A stretch of 64,000 nucleotides of DNA from Firmicutes bacterium UBA5435 (GTDB lineage: Bacteria > Bacillota > UBA5435): contig DIRN01000069.1 in NCBI GenBank assembly GCA_002426645.1, positions 12,469 to 76,468 of the forward strand. Reading direction: 5' to 3'. This document shows positions 30,188-40,946 of the stretch, piece by piece. The position numbers and the translations under genes are program-made. The notes under the pieces were generated by a model. That model did no database searches. It was not told the origin of the DNA and worked only from the letters and a program-made list of their open reading frames with translations. Numbering within the stretch: the stretch's first letter is position 1; every line of letters begins with the position of its first letter.

Positions 30188-31255
30188 ATGATATTAGATT
30201 TTATAGCGGGTAAATTCTCTAAGGATATGGGTATTGACCTAGGTACTGCAAATACCCTTGTTTACGTTAGAGGTAAAGGCTTGGTACTTCAAGAGCCAAC
30301 AGTAGTAGCTGTCCATAAGAACACGGGTGAGATTTTTGCTGTGGGAAACGAAGCTAAACAAATGGTGGGAAGAACACCTGGAAATATAGTTGCCATTAGA
30401 CCCCTCAAGGACGGTGTTATTGCTGATTTCGATATAACTGAAAAGATGTTGCGTTATTTTATCTCTCGTGCCCATAGACGTAAGACTTTAGTGAGGCCTC
30501 GAGTAATTGTTGGTATTCCCACAGGTGTTACAGAGGTTGAAAAACGAGCGGTTCTAGATGCTGCTTTACAGGCTGGAGCAAGAGAGGCATATTTAATCGA
30601 AGAGCCTATGGCATCAGCTATAGGTGCAGGGCTTACAGTTGCTGAACCTAGAGGGAATATGATTGTGGACATAGGTGGAGGCACTACAGAAGTAGCTGTT
30701 ATTTCTTTAGGAGGTATTGTCACGTCGCGTTCAATAAGAGTTGCAGGCAATGAAATGGACGAAGCGATTGTTCAACATATTCGTAGGGCTTATAACTTAA
30801 TGATCGGAGAGCGAACTGCTGAAGATGTTAAAACAGGAGTCGGTTTTGCTAAGATCTTTGAGGATGAAGAGATCCCAGAGGATATGAGAGAAATAGAGGT
30901 TAGAGGCAGAGATCTTGTAACAGGACTTCCTAAGACTATAGTTGTTACGGCAGAAGAGATCGAAAAGGCTCTATCCGAGCCTGTAAGGGATATAATTGAT
31001 GCTGTAAGAGTAACCCTTGAAAGAACTCCTCCAGAATTAGCAGCTGATATAATGGATCGAGGGATAATTATGAGTGGTGGAGGTTCCCTTTTGAGGAATC
31101 TTCCTAGACTCTTAAGCAGTGATACGGGAATGCCTGTTCATCTTGCAGAACATTCTTTAAGTTGTGTGGCAATGGGAACAGGTAAGGCTATAGAACACTT
31201 TGAAGATTATAAACGTACTGTCAGTGCCTTAACATCTCAGAAGAGGATCAATTGA
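30188..31255 (+). CDS. mreB: Rod-shape determining actin homolog MreB
   Basis: [13 protein letters not shown] phosphate-1 motif. Full-length actin-fold ATPase. Confidence 0.95.
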   Translation: MILDFIAGKFSKDMGIDLGTANTLVYVRGKGLVLQEPTVVAVHKNTGEIFAVGNEAKQMVGRTPGNIVAIRPLKDGVIADFDITEKMLRYFISRAHRRKTLVRPRVIVGIPTGVTEVEKRAVLDAALQAGAREAYLIEEPMASAIGAGLTVAEPRGNMIVDIGGGTTEVAVISLGGIVTSRSIRVAGNEMDEAIVQHIRRAYNLMIGERTAEDVKTGVGFAKIFEDEEIPEDMREIEVRGRDLVTGLPKTIVVTAEEIEKALSEPVRDIIDAVRVTLERTPPELAADIMDRGIIMSGGGSLLRNLPRLLSSDTGMPVHLAEHSLSCVAMGTGKAIEHFEDYKRTVSALTSQKRIN

Positions 31256-31285
31256 TGGAATAACGAGAATAGGAGGCTGAACTGT

Positions 31286-32119
31286 GTGTTCCAGGGGGTA
31301 AGGTTTAAACGTATCTTAGTAAGTATAATTTTTATCCTCATCCTTATAGTATCTATACATGTCACCTCGCATGAGCGCGAGGAGGTTACTTTTTTGGAGA
31401 GGATTATACGTGATACCATATCCCCCTTACAATCTCTTTTGAATAGCACTGGAGCACGAGTCTCTGATTATTTTAATACAGTTATACATGTTAAGAAGAT
31501 AAAGGAGGAGAATCTCCACCTCACGAAAGAAGTTTCTCAGCTTCTTGCTGAGAATAATGAGTTAAGAAGGGCCCAAAAAGAAAATGAGCGTCTCAGGCGG
31601 ATGTTAGGGTTTAAGGAAGAGACCCCGTATCAGCTTCTTCCTGCTAAGGTAATAGCCCGTGATCCATCGAACTGGACAGACACGATAATTATCGGTGTTG
31701 GGGAAAAGGATGGCGTGAAGAAGAATATGGCTGTTGTGACTGAATTGGGTTTAGTAGGGCATATAATATCAGTCACAAATTATACAGCAAGGGTTCTTTT
31801 ACTTATAGATTCACGGAGCGCTGTAGGGGCCAGATTAGAGAGATCTAGAGACTTAGTTATAGTTGAAGGCCTTGAAGAGGAGGAGACTCATTTCTGGATG
31901 AAACCTTTAATAAGGGATGTAGATGTAAAAGAAGGGGATAGGGTAGTTTCATCTGGTTTAGGAGGCATCTACCCCGGAGAGCTCCTTATCGGAGAAGTCA
32001 TTCAGGTCAAGACAGATGAATACAATGTGACAAAGCATGCTTTAATTAAACCCTTTGTGAATTTTATGAAGCTGGAAGAAGTCTTTGTCATTATAGGCCC
32101 TTTAGAGGAAGAGTTTTAG
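31286..32119 (+). CDS. mreC: MreC
   Basis: N-terminal TM, coiled-coil (LTKEVSQLLAENNELRR) and C-terminal beta domain. Follows mreB. Confidence 0.85.
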   Translation: MFQGVRFKRILVSIIFILILIVSIHVTSHEREEVTFLERIIRDTISPLQSLLNSTGARVSDYFNTVIHVKKIKEENLHLTKEVSQLLAENNELRRAQKENERLRRMLGFKEETPYQLLPAKVIARDPSNWTDTIIIGVGEKDGVKKNMAVVTELGLVGHIISVTNYTARVLLLIDSRSAVGARLERSRDLVIVEGLEEEETHFWMKPLIRDVDVKEGDRVVSSGLGGIYPGELLIGEVIQVKTDEYNVTKHALIKPFVNFMKLEEVFVIIGPLEEEF

Positions 32120-32169
32120 TAAAATAGATGGCAATTCGTGGGTCTAAAGTAGTGAAAGAGGGATGCTAT

Positions 32170-32682
32170 ATGAAATTCGCTGTGTGGGTAGTCGCCTTCT
32201 TAATGAATCTAGTCTTTCAGTCAACATTATTTACTTTCTTTCAGATTAAAGGGGTAAGGCCTGATCTCCTTATAATTTTGGTTATATTCGTTGCATTATT
32301 CAGAGGACCAGTGGAAGGTGGCAAAGCCGGTTTTTTAGCTGGCCTTTTAGAAGATTTGGTTGTAGGCCAGTTCATAGGGATGAATGCATTCATTAAGATG
32401 TTCGTAGGCATAGTAGTTGGTCTTTTTGAAAAACGTCTTTATAGAGAAAACCTTCTTATACCAACTGCTATGGTTTTTATAGGAACCTTTATTGCAGGAA
32501 CTCTCTTTATTTTATTATTTAACTCTTTTGGACCAGATATTAAATGGATAGAAGGACTCTATTCTTTGGTAATGCCTACGTGTCTTTATAACACTATAAT
32601 AGGGTTCTTGATATATAAACCCATATATAGACTCCATAAACATTTTAAAGGTAAGAGGTGGTCGTTTAGGCAAATTTTTTAA
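32170..32682 (+). CDS. mreD: MreD
   Basis: About 170-aa polytopic membrane protein after mreC. Start ATG 32170 (RBS AAAGAGGGA); the track ORF starts at 32128. Confidence 0.7.
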   Translation: MKFAVWVVAFLMNLVFQSTLFTFFQIKGVRPDLLIILVIFVALFRGPVEGGKAGFLAGLLEDLVVGQFIGMNAFIKMFVGIVVGLFEKRLYRENLLIPTAMVFIGTFIAGTLFILLFNSFGPDIKWIEGLYSLVMPTCLYNTIIGFLIYKPIYRLHKHFKGKRWSFRQIF

Positions 32683-32712
32683 CCTCGTATCTATATAGTG
32701 CAGGTGAATTTC

Positions 32713-34518
32713 ATGATAAGTGAAAAAGAGTTAACATCGAGGATTAGAATTTTTGGAATACTTGTACTCTTTCTCTTTCTCGTACTCTTTTTAAGACTTT
32801 GGTATCTACAGATTGCCAGAGGCGATGAATATGATGTAATGTCAAAAAATAATAGGGTAAGGCTCCTTTCGCTGGAAGCACCAAGGGGTCTTATTCGTGA
32901 CAGGAATGGGGAGATCCTTGCAACGAGTAGATTTGCACCTACAGTTTCTATAGTACCAATGGAGTGGAAGAACTCTAACCATGTGATTGAGGTCTTAAGT
33001 GAAATTATCCAGATGAGCACTGAAGATATTGAGAAGAAGATAGCTGCTTCGGCTTGGAGACCCTTTGAACCTGTTCGTATAAAAATAGATATATCACCTG
33101 AGGTGGTAATAAAGATAGAGGAGCGCCGAATAGATCTACCTGGCGTTATCATAGAGCAATTACCAGTTCGTCAGTATGTGCTAGGCAACTTTGCCACTCA
33201 TATATTAGGATATATTGGCGAGATAAATGAAGAGGAACTAAAGGCTTTAAAGGGCAAAGGATATAGCATAGGAGATCTATTTGGTAAAATAGGGGTAGAG
33301 AAGACCTTTGAAGAGAATTTAAAGGGTATAAAGGGCATACAGCAGGTAGAGGTGAATGCTCTTAGTAGACCTGTTAGGATCTTAGGTGAAGAGAGTCCAA
33401 TCCCAGGTAATGATATTGTACTTACTATAGATAGACGTCTTCAGGAGATAGTGGAAGTTGCTCTAGAAGAGGGGCTCATCGATGCCAGGAAAGATCCTAG
33501 ATATAAGGATGCAAAGGGTGGAGCCATTATTGTAATGGATGTACGGAATGGAGAAATTTTAGCTATGGCTAGTGCTCCTGATTATGATCCTAATCTCTTC
33601 GTTGGGGGCATATCTGTAACTAATTGGAACAAGCTCATAGAAGATCCGTACCGTCCTTTATATAACCGGGTCATGAGCGGAGAATACCCCCCTGGATCCA
33701 CCTTTAAGATAATTACTGCTTTTGCTGCACTTGAGGAAGGGCTTGTGGATTTGAATGATAAGTTTTATTGTACAGGAAGTGATCCTACAATTCCAGATAA
33801 GAAGTGCGCTATTTGGTATTCAACTGGCAGTGGTCATGGTGAGCAGAACCTAATAGAGTCAATAAAGAATTCATGTAATATAACTTTTTATGAATTAGGA
33901 AAGCGTATAGGCGTTAATAAACTAGCTGAATATGCTAGGGACTTTGGTTTTGGGAGCCCTACAGGGATTAATGTCTCACCTGGGGATAAGGGTGGACTAG
34001 TTCCAACTAAAGAGTGGAAGTTGGAGAAGAGATTTCTACGCTGGGTAGAGCCAGCTGAAACCATGGATTTCTCCATAGGGCAGGGTTTCTTTAACGCTAC
34101 TTTACTTCAGATAGCGGCTGCTTACGCTACGATAGCCAATGGCGGAACCCTTTATAAACCTTTAATAGTCAAGGCCATCAATTCTTCGACAGGAGATTCC
34201 TTACGCAGATTTGAACCTCAGGTAGTTAGGGAGATCCATATGTCACCTATGACTGAGATGATCCTAAAAGAGGGCATGCGACGTGTTACTGTTGATGGTA
34301 GTGCAAGGGAAGTATTTGCAGATTTCCCCATATCAACTGCAGGAAAAACCGGAACTGCCGAAGTAAGTGGTGCAGATAACCATGCTTGGTTCGCTGCTTT
34401 TGCACCTGCAGAGTCGCCAGAAGTAGTTGTTATAGTGCTCGTTGAGAATGGTGGATATGGGGGTAAGGTAGCTGCTCCTATAGCACGGAAGGCTTTAGAA
34501 GCATATTTTCGATTGTAA
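32713..34518 (+). CDS. mrdA: Penicillin-binding protein 2 (elongasome transpeptidase)
   Basis: N-terminal TM, PBP dimerisation domain, transpeptidase motifs STFK, SCN and KTGTA. Confidence 0.9.
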   Translation: MISEKELTSRIRIFGILVLFLFLVLFLRLWYLQIARGDEYDVMSKNNRVRLLSLEAPRGLIRDRNGEILATSRFAPTVSIVPMEWKNSNHVIEVLSEIIQMSTEDIEKKIAASAWRPFEPVRIKIDISPEVVIKIEERRIDLPGVIIEQLPVRQYVLGNFATHILGYIGEINEEELKALKGKGYSIGDLFGKIGVEKTFEENLKGIKGIQQVEVNALSRPVRILGEESPIPGNDIVLTIDRRLQEIVEVALEEGLIDARKDPRYKDAKGGAIIVMDVRNGEILAMASAPDYDPNLFVGGISVTNWNKLIEDPYRPLYNRVMSGEYPPGSTFKIITAFAALEEGLVDLNDKFYCTGSDPTIPDKKCAIWYSTGSGHGEQNLIESIKNSCNITFYELGKRIGVNKLAEYARDFGFGSPTGINVSPGDKGGLVPTKEWKLEKRFLRWVEPAETMDFSIGQGFFNATLLQIAAAYATIANGGTLYKPLIVKAINSSTGDSLRRFEPQVVREIHMSPMTEMILKEGMRRVTVDGSAREVFADFPISTAGKTGTAEVSGADNHAWFAAFAPAESPEVVVIVLVENGGYGGKVAAPIARKALEAYFRL

Positions 34519-34624
34519 GCAGGAATATTACGATAAATGCCGAATTTATCATAAAGAGTCCCTTTAAATTGAGTTTTAAAATAATGAATAGTAAATGCGG
34601 TTAATTCTTTGGAGGAATTAAGAA

Positions 34625-35332
34625 ATGTCAAAAGAAGTTGAGGAGAACCAAATTCAGAAAAGTGAAAAGAGTAAAGAAGGTCTCCCTAAGGAGGTCGTGG
34701 ATTTTAAAGGCACACGGCAAGGACTTTTGATTCTCTTGGATGGTCAGGAAGACTTTAAAGTCATAAAGAAACGATTGAAGGAGAAGTTTGAAACATCAAG
34801 AGATTTTTTTACAAGATCAGAGGTCATTGTAGATATCGGTGATCGGGTACTTACTAATGAAGAAACGAGAGAGCTTGCCAGATTAATCCGAGAAGAATGT
34901 GGACTTAGGTGCCGAAGGATCGGGGACAAGATCGTTGATGATGTGGAAGACGAAGAGGAAGGTGCAAATCAGCCTGAAAAGGAATTGGAAACCCTCCTTA
35001 TAAAAAGAACTATCCGCTCTGGGCAACGGCTTTATCACGACGGAAATATAGTTATACTTGGCGATGTAAACCCTGGTGCTGAGGTAGTTGCTACAGGAGA
35101 TATTATTATCATAGGAACCTTCAGAGGGGTGGCTCATGCTGGAGCAGGAGGAAATGAGGATGCTATAATTGTTGCAACTTCTTTAAGACCAACCCAAATA
35201 AGGATAGCTGATTTCATCACACGCGCACCAGATGATGAGCGGTATGGAGCAGCTAACCTAACAGAAATAGCTAGGATAAAAGGAGGATATGTAGTTATTG
35301 AAGCCTACACGAGCGGAGTTTCTTTATTATAG
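34625..35332 (+). CDS. minC: Septum site-determining protein MinC
   Basis: C-terminal beta-helix MinC domain (..IILGDVNPGAEVVATGDIIIIG..). Precedes minD. Confidence 0.85.
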   Translation: MSKEVEENQIQKSEKSKEGLPKEVVDFKGTRQGLLILLDGQEDFKVIKKRLKEKFETSRDFFTRSEVIVDIGDRVLTNEETRELARLIREECGLRCRRIGDKIVDDVEDEEEGANQPEKELETLLIKRTIRSGQRLYHDGNIVILGDVNPGAEVVATGDIIIIGTFRGVAHAGAGGNEDAIIVATSLRPTQIRIADFITRAPDDERYGAANLTEIARIKGGYVVIEAYTSGVSLL

Positions 35333-35365
35333 TAATATATAGGGTGCGAAGGAGGTGTTTCTTGC

Positions 35366-36178
35366 ATGGCAGGAAGGACTATTGTAATAACATCTGGAAA
35401 AGGTGGAGTAGGCAAGACCACAACCACTGCTAATTTAGGTGCTGGTTTAGCGCTACTTGGTAAGAAAGTCGCGGTGATAGATGCAGATATAGGTCTTCGT
35501 AACTTAGACCTTGCATTAGGATTGGAAAATAGGATCGTATATCATCTAGTGGATGTAGTAGAAGGGAACTGTAAATTAAGACAAGCTCTTATTAAAGATA
35601 AAAGATTTGATAATCTATCCCTTCTCCCCGCTGCTCAGACCAGGGAAAAGGACTCAGTTACTCCAGAACAGATGAAACGACTCTGTGATGAATTGAGACT
35701 CGAATTCGATTACGTTCTCATGGATTCTCCAGCTGGTATAGAACATGGTTTTAGGAACTCTGTTGCAGGAGCAGATGAGGCTATAATTGTAACAACCCCA
35801 GAGATGGCTGCAGTAAGAGATGCTGATAGGATAGTGGGGATCCTAGAGGCGATGGAGATAGAGCATCCGCGACTTTTGATTAATAGGATGAAGATGGACA
35901 TGGTTAGGCGCAACGACATGATGGATATTGAGGATATCTTAGAGATCCTTGCTATAGATCTTATAGGTGTTGTTCCGTACGACGAAGGGATAATAGTTTC
36001 AGCAAACAAAGGGGAGCCTGTTGTCTTTAATTCTCGTTCCATAGCAGGGCAGGCATATAAGAATATCGTGCGAAGGTTAGAAGGCGAGGATATTCCTATA
36101 ATGTCTCTTAATGGGGCACCTACGTTTCTTGAACGATTAAAGACTTTATTTTCTATATCGAAAAGTAAGAGTAGTTGA
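35366..36178 (+). CDS. minD: Septum site-determining ATPase MinD
   Basis: Deviant Walker A ITSGKGGVGKTT. C-terminal amphipathic helix. Confidence 0.95.
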   Translation: MAGRTIVITSGKGGVGKTTTTANLGAGLALLGKKVAVIDADIGLRNLDLALGLENRIVYHLVDVVEGNCKLRQALIKDKRFDNLSLLPAAQTREKDSVTPEQMKRLCDELRLEFDYVLMDSPAGIEHGFRNSVAGADEAIIVTTPEMAAVRDADRIVGILEAMEIEHPRLLINRMKMDMVRRNDMMDIEDILEILAIDLIGVVPYDEGIIVSANKGEPVVFNSRSIAGQAYKNIVRRLEGEDIPIMSLNGAPTFLERLKTLFSISKSKSS

Positions 36179-36232
36179 TTGTTATATGCGTCGGCTTCCC
36201 AACGATATATTTCAGGGAAGGGAGAGATCAAG

Positions 36233-36514
36233 GTGCCTTTTTTTAAAAACTTTTTTGGACGTAGAAAGGCTGGTAGCAAAGAAACGGCTACAGAGAGACT
36301 ACGGTTAGTGTTGATACATGATCGAATGGAGACATCAAATACGTTCTTCGATGATATGAAGAAAGAGCTATTAGGGGTAATCTCAAAGTATGTAGAGATA
36401 GATGAGAATCTTACAAAGGTTAATTTTAATCGATCAGATACATCTGTAGCCTTAGAAGCTACTATCGCTATAAAGAACGTGAAACGTCCGTATCAGGATA
36501 GAGAAAGGTCATAA
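36233..36514 (+). CDS. minE: Cell division topological specificity factor MinE
   Basis: GTG 36233 with RBS GGGAAGGGAGAG 6 nt upstream gives VPFFKNFFGRRK..., the canonical MinE membrane-targeting N-terminus. The track ORF's TTG 36179 adds 18 non-conserved residues. Confidence 0.8.
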   Translation: MPFFKNFFGRRKAGSKETATERLRLVLIHDRMETSNTFFDDMKKELLGVISKYVEIDENLTKVNFNRSDTSVALEATIAIKNVKRPYQDRERS

Positions 36515-36738
36515 ATCATTGCATGTAAAGGCATAGATATGACAAGCGTTGCAGTGAATAAAATAGGGGTTAAGAGAAAGAAATATATAAACAAGGAAGG
36601 TCGAAGAATTGCAGAAGGGAGTTTTACTCCAAGCAATGATTTGATGGATATAGTCATAGAGAGGAGGAAATAGAATTATCGCATTCCTACCATAGCTAAA
36701 GTAGTGGGCTTCCTGCGATTAAATTCTAATGATTGAGG

Positions 36739-37857
36739 ATGGTCTTTGATAGGCGACTTATTAAAGAAATCGACTATATCCTCTTGATAACGGTAGCGAT
36801 TCTAATAGTAGTAGGATTAATTATAATCTATAGCGCTACTAGAACGAATAAAGCGCTTAATAACGGCGATCCTTTTTATTTCCTCAAAAAGCAGATACAA
36901 TGGATATTGTTAGGAATAATTGCATTTGTTTTCCTGATAAATATTGATTATCGGGCATTGCAAAAATTTTATTATCACATATATATATTGAATATTCTCC
37001 TTTTACTTGCGGTCTTAATATCAGGTAAGGTAGGGGGAGGCGCCCAACGCTGGCTATATTTTGGTAGCATGGGCATTCAACCTTCAGAATTTGCAAAGTT
37101 GGCTATTGTTATAACACTTGCACAGTTTCTTTCAGATGAATCGAATACTATAGGTCTGCGCAAGGTTATCAAAGCCTTTCTACATATAGCGCTCCCTACA
37201 GTATTAATAGCGCGGCAGCCAGATTTAGGTACTGCTATTGTATTCATTGTTATCTTCTTTGGAATGCTATATATAGCGGGTACACCGAAGCGCATATTAG
37301 GGGGTATGCTCTTAATAGGATTATTGGCATCTCCCTTTGTATATTTTTCCTTTCTCAAACCCTATCAGAGAAAACGATTACTCATCTTTCTTAATCCATC
37401 TGCTGATAGTCTTGTCTCAGGGTATAATATAATACAGTCTAAGATAGCTATCGGTTCTGGAAAGGTTTTAGGTAAAGGGCTATTCGCAGGGACCCAAACG
37501 CAATTGAGTTTCTTGCCAGCGAGACACACTGATTTCATATTTTCCGTAGTTGGAGAAGAGTTCGGATTTATTGGCTCCGTTTGCATTCTCTTTTTATACT
37601 TTATACTTCTGTGGCGCGCTCTTCTAATCATAGCCTCGGCTAAAGATGATTACGGCCGCCTTATAGCTACAGGGGTTGTATCTGTATTTGCTTTTCACAT
37701 ATTTGTAAACATTGGAATGACTTTAGGAATAATGCCAGTAACAGGCCTGCCATTACCGTTTTTGACATATGGAGGCAGTGCTATGTTAGCGAATTTAATA
37801 GGTATAGGACTTTTGGTAAACGTGGGAATGCGAAGGAAGAAGCTCGTCTTTAAGTGA
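36739..37857 (+). CDS. rodA: SEDS-family peptidoglycan glycosyltransferase RodA
   Basis: FtsW/RodA/SpoVE family 10-TM protein in the mre-min-rodA context. Confidence 0.85.
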   Translation: MVFDRRLIKEIDYILLITVAILIVVGLIIIYSATRTNKALNNGDPFYFLKKQIQWILLGIIAFVFLINIDYRALQKFYYHIYILNILLLLAVLISGKVGGGAQRWLYFGSMGIQPSEFAKLAIVITLAQFLSDESNTIGLRKVIKAFLHIALPTVLIARQPDLGTAIVFIVIFFGMLYIAGTPKRILGGMLLIGLLASPFVYFSFLKPYQRKRLLIFLNPSADSLVSGYNIIQSKIAIGSGKVLGKGLFAGTQTQLSFLPARHTDFIFSVVGEEFGFIGSVCILFLYFILLWRALLIIASAKDDYGRLIATGVVSVFAFHIFVNIGMTLGIMPVTGLPLPFLTYGGSAMLANLIGIGLLVNVGMRRKKLVFK

Positions 37858-38037
37858 TTAAGGACCCCTTTAAGATCTTCTTTAAAAGCTAACCAAAACA
37901 TGTATTTCTTACTTAAAGAGTGAACTTTTTAAACTTATTAGTGCGAGATTTTCTAAAAGAAGATAGAGGCTTAATCAGATCATTTGGGAAATATATAAGG
38001 AGAAGAACAAATTATTTTTCCGGAGGTCTGAGGGCTG

Positions 38038-38310
38038 ATGAAGAACTTTTTGCGATCTCTTGCTATATCTTTATTGATTTTAGCGTGTGTTCTCGCATTT
38101 CAGAGACTTTCTTTACCTGGTAAGCATAGGGTCATGTCATTCGTTGAATATGTGGTTACAGGTGAATATGATTGGGGCCAATTAGGCGAGACTTTAAGTC
38201 ACGTAGTAGGAGAGAATCTCTCTAGAGGGGCTAGCCAATTTAGGTTGCGAATTAATGAAATTCGTGAAGTATTAGCGGAAAAGTCAATGAAATACGGGAA
38301 GACTAATTAG
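38038..38310 (+). CDS. Small hypothetical protein with N-terminal signal/TM segment (90 aa)
   Basis: ATG 38038, GGAGG 10 nt upstream. MKNFLRSLAISLLILACVLAF hydrophobic N-terminus. No recognisable family. Confidence 0.4.
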   Translation: MKNFLRSLAISLLILACVLAFQRLSLPGKHRVMSFVEYVVTGEYDWGQLGETLSHVVGENLSRGASQFRLRINEIREVLAEKSMKYGKTN

Positions 38311-38322
38311 GAGTGTAGAAGT

Positions 38323-40188
38323 TTGATCATAAAAGATAAATTATATAATAAGATACTACCGAAGGTATCTAAACCAGGTAGATATCTAGGATTTGAATGG
38401 AATTCTGTTCATAAAAAAGAGAGGGGAGGCGAAGAAGAAAATAAAAACAGGATTAAAATAGCCCTGGCATTTCCAGATATTTATGAAATAGCCATGTCGC
38501 ATTTAGGACTAAAGATACTCTATCATATTCTCAACGGACGAGACGATGTAGTAGCTGAGAGGGTTTTTGCTCCGTGGGTTGATATGGAAGCACTTATGAG
38601 GGATGAGAATATGCCTCTTTTTACTCTTGAATCCATGACGCCTGTAAGAGAATTTGATATCATGGGGTTTAGTTTACAATATGAGATGAGCTTTACCAAC
38701 ATCTTGAATATGTTAGACATGGCTGGTATACCTCTATTTACCCAAGAACGCGGAAATGATGATCCTCTTATTATAGCGGGAGGGCCCTGTGCATTTAATC
38801 CTGAACCCTTAGCAGACTTTATTGATATCTTCGTTATTGGTGAGGGTGAAGAGGTCATATTAGAGATTATTGATGAATATAAAAGGGTGCGTTCGACATT
38901 TAACCGCGAAGAACTGTTAAAGAGCCTTGCTAAGATCCCTGGGGTATATGTTCCATCCCTTTATACAGTGAGCTATAAGGAAGATGGTTCTTTAGAAGGA
39001 ATTAATCCTAGAGTTTCTGGTATACCTGAAAGAATCACGAGACGTATTGTAAAAGATATAGATAACGCTCCTTATCCAAAGGATCTTATTGTCCCAACTA
39101 TTCAGGTAGTACACGATCGTATAGCACTTGAGATAGGAAGAGGTTGCACACGCGGATGTCGGTTTTGTCAAGCAGGGATGATTTATAGGCCTGTGCGAGA
39201 AAGAAACATAGAAACCCTTATGAGCCTGGCAGAAGAGATAGAAAAGAAGACTGGGTATGAGGAGATTTCTTTACTTTCTCTCAGCTGTGCTGATTATTCT
39301 AGGATCGAAGAACTTATACGGGAATTGATGGATGGGTACGAAGGGAAGGAAATCTCTATCTCGTTACCTTCTTTACGAGCTGATGCATTTTCAGTTGCCC
39401 TAGCCCGTGAGGTACAACGAGTTCGAAAGACAGGGCTAACTTTTGCTCCAGAGGCTGGTACGCAACGTTTAAGAAATGTAATAAACAAAGGCGTTACAGA
39501 AGATGATCTGTTAAAAGCCATTGACGCTGCGGTAGAAGCTGGCTGGCAGAATGTAAAACTTTATTTTATGATGGGATTACCAACAGAGACTTATCAAGAC
39601 CTAGCAGGCACTGGCGAATTAGCCAGAAAGGTTGCTAAGATTAAGAAAGGTCTTGCAGTTACTGTAAGCGTATCCATCTTCGTGCCTAAAGCTCATACTC
39701 CTTTTCAATGGGTAGCGCAGGACACTATTAGCACAATAACAGAGAAAATTGAGTTTTTAAAGAAGAATGTAAGAGGAAAGGGTATAACCTTTAACTGGCA
39801 TGATGCACAACTGAGCTTTCTAGAGGCAGTATTTGCCCGCGGCGATAGGAGGCTTTCAACTGTGCTCTTCCAGGCGTGGAAGATGGGTTGCACCTTTGAT
39901 AGCTGGTCTGAAGAATTCGATTATTCCCTTTGGGAGAAGGCTTTTCATAAAAGCGGTATTGAACCTACATATTATAGTAATAGGGTGAGGGACCTAGATG
40001 AGTTCCTTCCGTGGGATCATATAAATACAGGTGTAAGTAAAGCTTTTCTTAAGAATGAGTTTGAAAAGGCATTACAAGGTGAGTTGACGCCGGATTGTCG
40101 TTATGATAAGTGTCATGGCTGCGAGATATGTCGAGAGTTTCGTGTTAAACCTCTTCTATCATCAAGAAGGGGCGGTGATATGGAATGA
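38323..40188 (+). CDS. B12-binding-domain radical SAM protein (TIGR03960-like)
   Basis: CTRGCRFCQAG radical-SAM Cys triad after an N-terminal B12-like domain. 621 aa. Paired with the next gene. Confidence 0.8.
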   Translation: MIIKDKLYNKILPKVSKPGRYLGFEWNSVHKKERGGEEENKNRIKIALAFPDIYEIAMSHLGLKILYHILNGRDDVVAERVFAPWVDMEALMRDENMPLFTLESMTPVREFDIMGFSLQYEMSFTNILNMLDMAGIPLFTQERGNDDPLIIAGGPCAFNPEPLADFIDIFVIGEGEEVILEIIDEYKRVRSTFNREELLKSLAKIPGVYVPSLYTVSYKEDGSLEGINPRVSGIPERITRRIVKDIDNAPYPKDLIVPTIQVVHDRIALEIGRGCTRGCRFCQAGMIYRPVRERNIETLMSLAEEIEKKTGYEEISLLSLSCADYSRIEELIRELMDGYEGKEISISLPSLRADAFSVALAREVQRVRKTGLTFAPEAGTQRLRNVINKGVTEDDLLKAIDAAVEAGWQNVKLYFMMGLPTETYQDLAGTGELARKVAKIKKGLAVTVSVSIFVPKAHTPFQWVAQDTISTITEKIEFLKKNVRGKGITFNWHDAQLSFLEAVFARGDRRLSTVLFQAWKMGCTFDSWSEEFDYSLWEKAFHKSGIEPTYYSNRVRDLDEFLPWDHINTGVSKAFLKNEFEKALQGELTPDCRYDKCHGCEICREFRVKPLLSSRRGGDME

Positions 40189-40937
40189 GAATATGGTCTA
40201 AATTCTCAAAGACAGGACCAGCAGTCTTCATGTCTCACCTGGACCTTGTAAGAGTTATGGAAAGAAGTGCGCGAAGGGCAAATTTGCCTATAGCTTTTTC
40301 TAGGGGGTATCATCCCCGTCCTAAGCTCGCCTTTGGTCCAGCTCTATCTCTTGGTATAAGTAGCTCAGGTGAATATTTAGACATAGAGCTATTAGGTGAA
40401 ATGGATTTAAATGAATTCATTTTTAGACTGGAAAGCGCCCTCCCTAAAGGTCTTAATATACTTAAAGCTTGTAAAGTCTCAAGTAATGTTAAATCGCTCA
40501 GCTCCCTTATAGATACCGCCTCATATAATGTAAAAGTGAGGTATTCTAGTAGGGGATCGCACCATGTTCCCCTTTCTTATGACGATCTTAAGGGAGAACT
40601 TATCTCCTTTCTTGAACTCCCGGAATTTTTTGTGGAACGCCAAGTTAAGGGAGGAAAAAGGAGAGTAATAAATATAGCTGGATTAGTAGAGGGATTGAAG
40701 ATCTCGGAACATAGATCCGAATCTATTCTCCTTGAGATGTTGCTACCAATTGGTACAAGAGGAGTTGTTAGACCAGAAGAGGTTATATCAGCCGTTTTCA
40801 CGAAAATTGAAGGAATAGAATTTGAAATAGCTAATATACATCGGAATGAACTTTTTATAACTATCCAAGACGGAAGAAGACGAATTTCGCCAATTGAATA
40901 TTCTTTTATAGTTCTTGAGAATTTATCGGGGAGTTGA
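40185..40937 (+). CDS. Radical-SAM-associated protein (DUF2344 / TIGR03936-like)
   Basis: 250 aa. Start ATGA-overlaps the rSAM stop. This is the typical partner of the upstream rSAM in Clostridia, next to rng. Confidence 0.65.
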   Translation: MRIWSKFSKTGPAVFMSHLDLVRVMERSARRANLPIAFSRGYHPRPKLAFGPALSLGISSSGEYLDIELLGEMDLNEFIFRLESALPKGLNILKACKVSSNVKSLSSLIDTASYNVKVRYSSRGSHHVPLSYDDLKGELISFLELPEFFVERQVKGGKRRVINIAGLVEGLKISEHRSESILLEMLLPIGTRGVVRPEEVISAVFTKIEGIEFEIANIHRNELFITIQDGRRRISPIEYSFIVLENLSGS

Positions 40938-40946
40938 AAGATAAAT

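Noticed and set aside
36179-36232. TTG 36179 start for minE from the ORF track
   Set aside because: It adds 18 non-conserved residues. GTG 36233 has a strong SD and yields the canonical MinE N-terminus.
35710-36279. 189-aa minus-strand ORF
   Set aside because: Antisense to minD, which is unambiguous (Walker A, full length).
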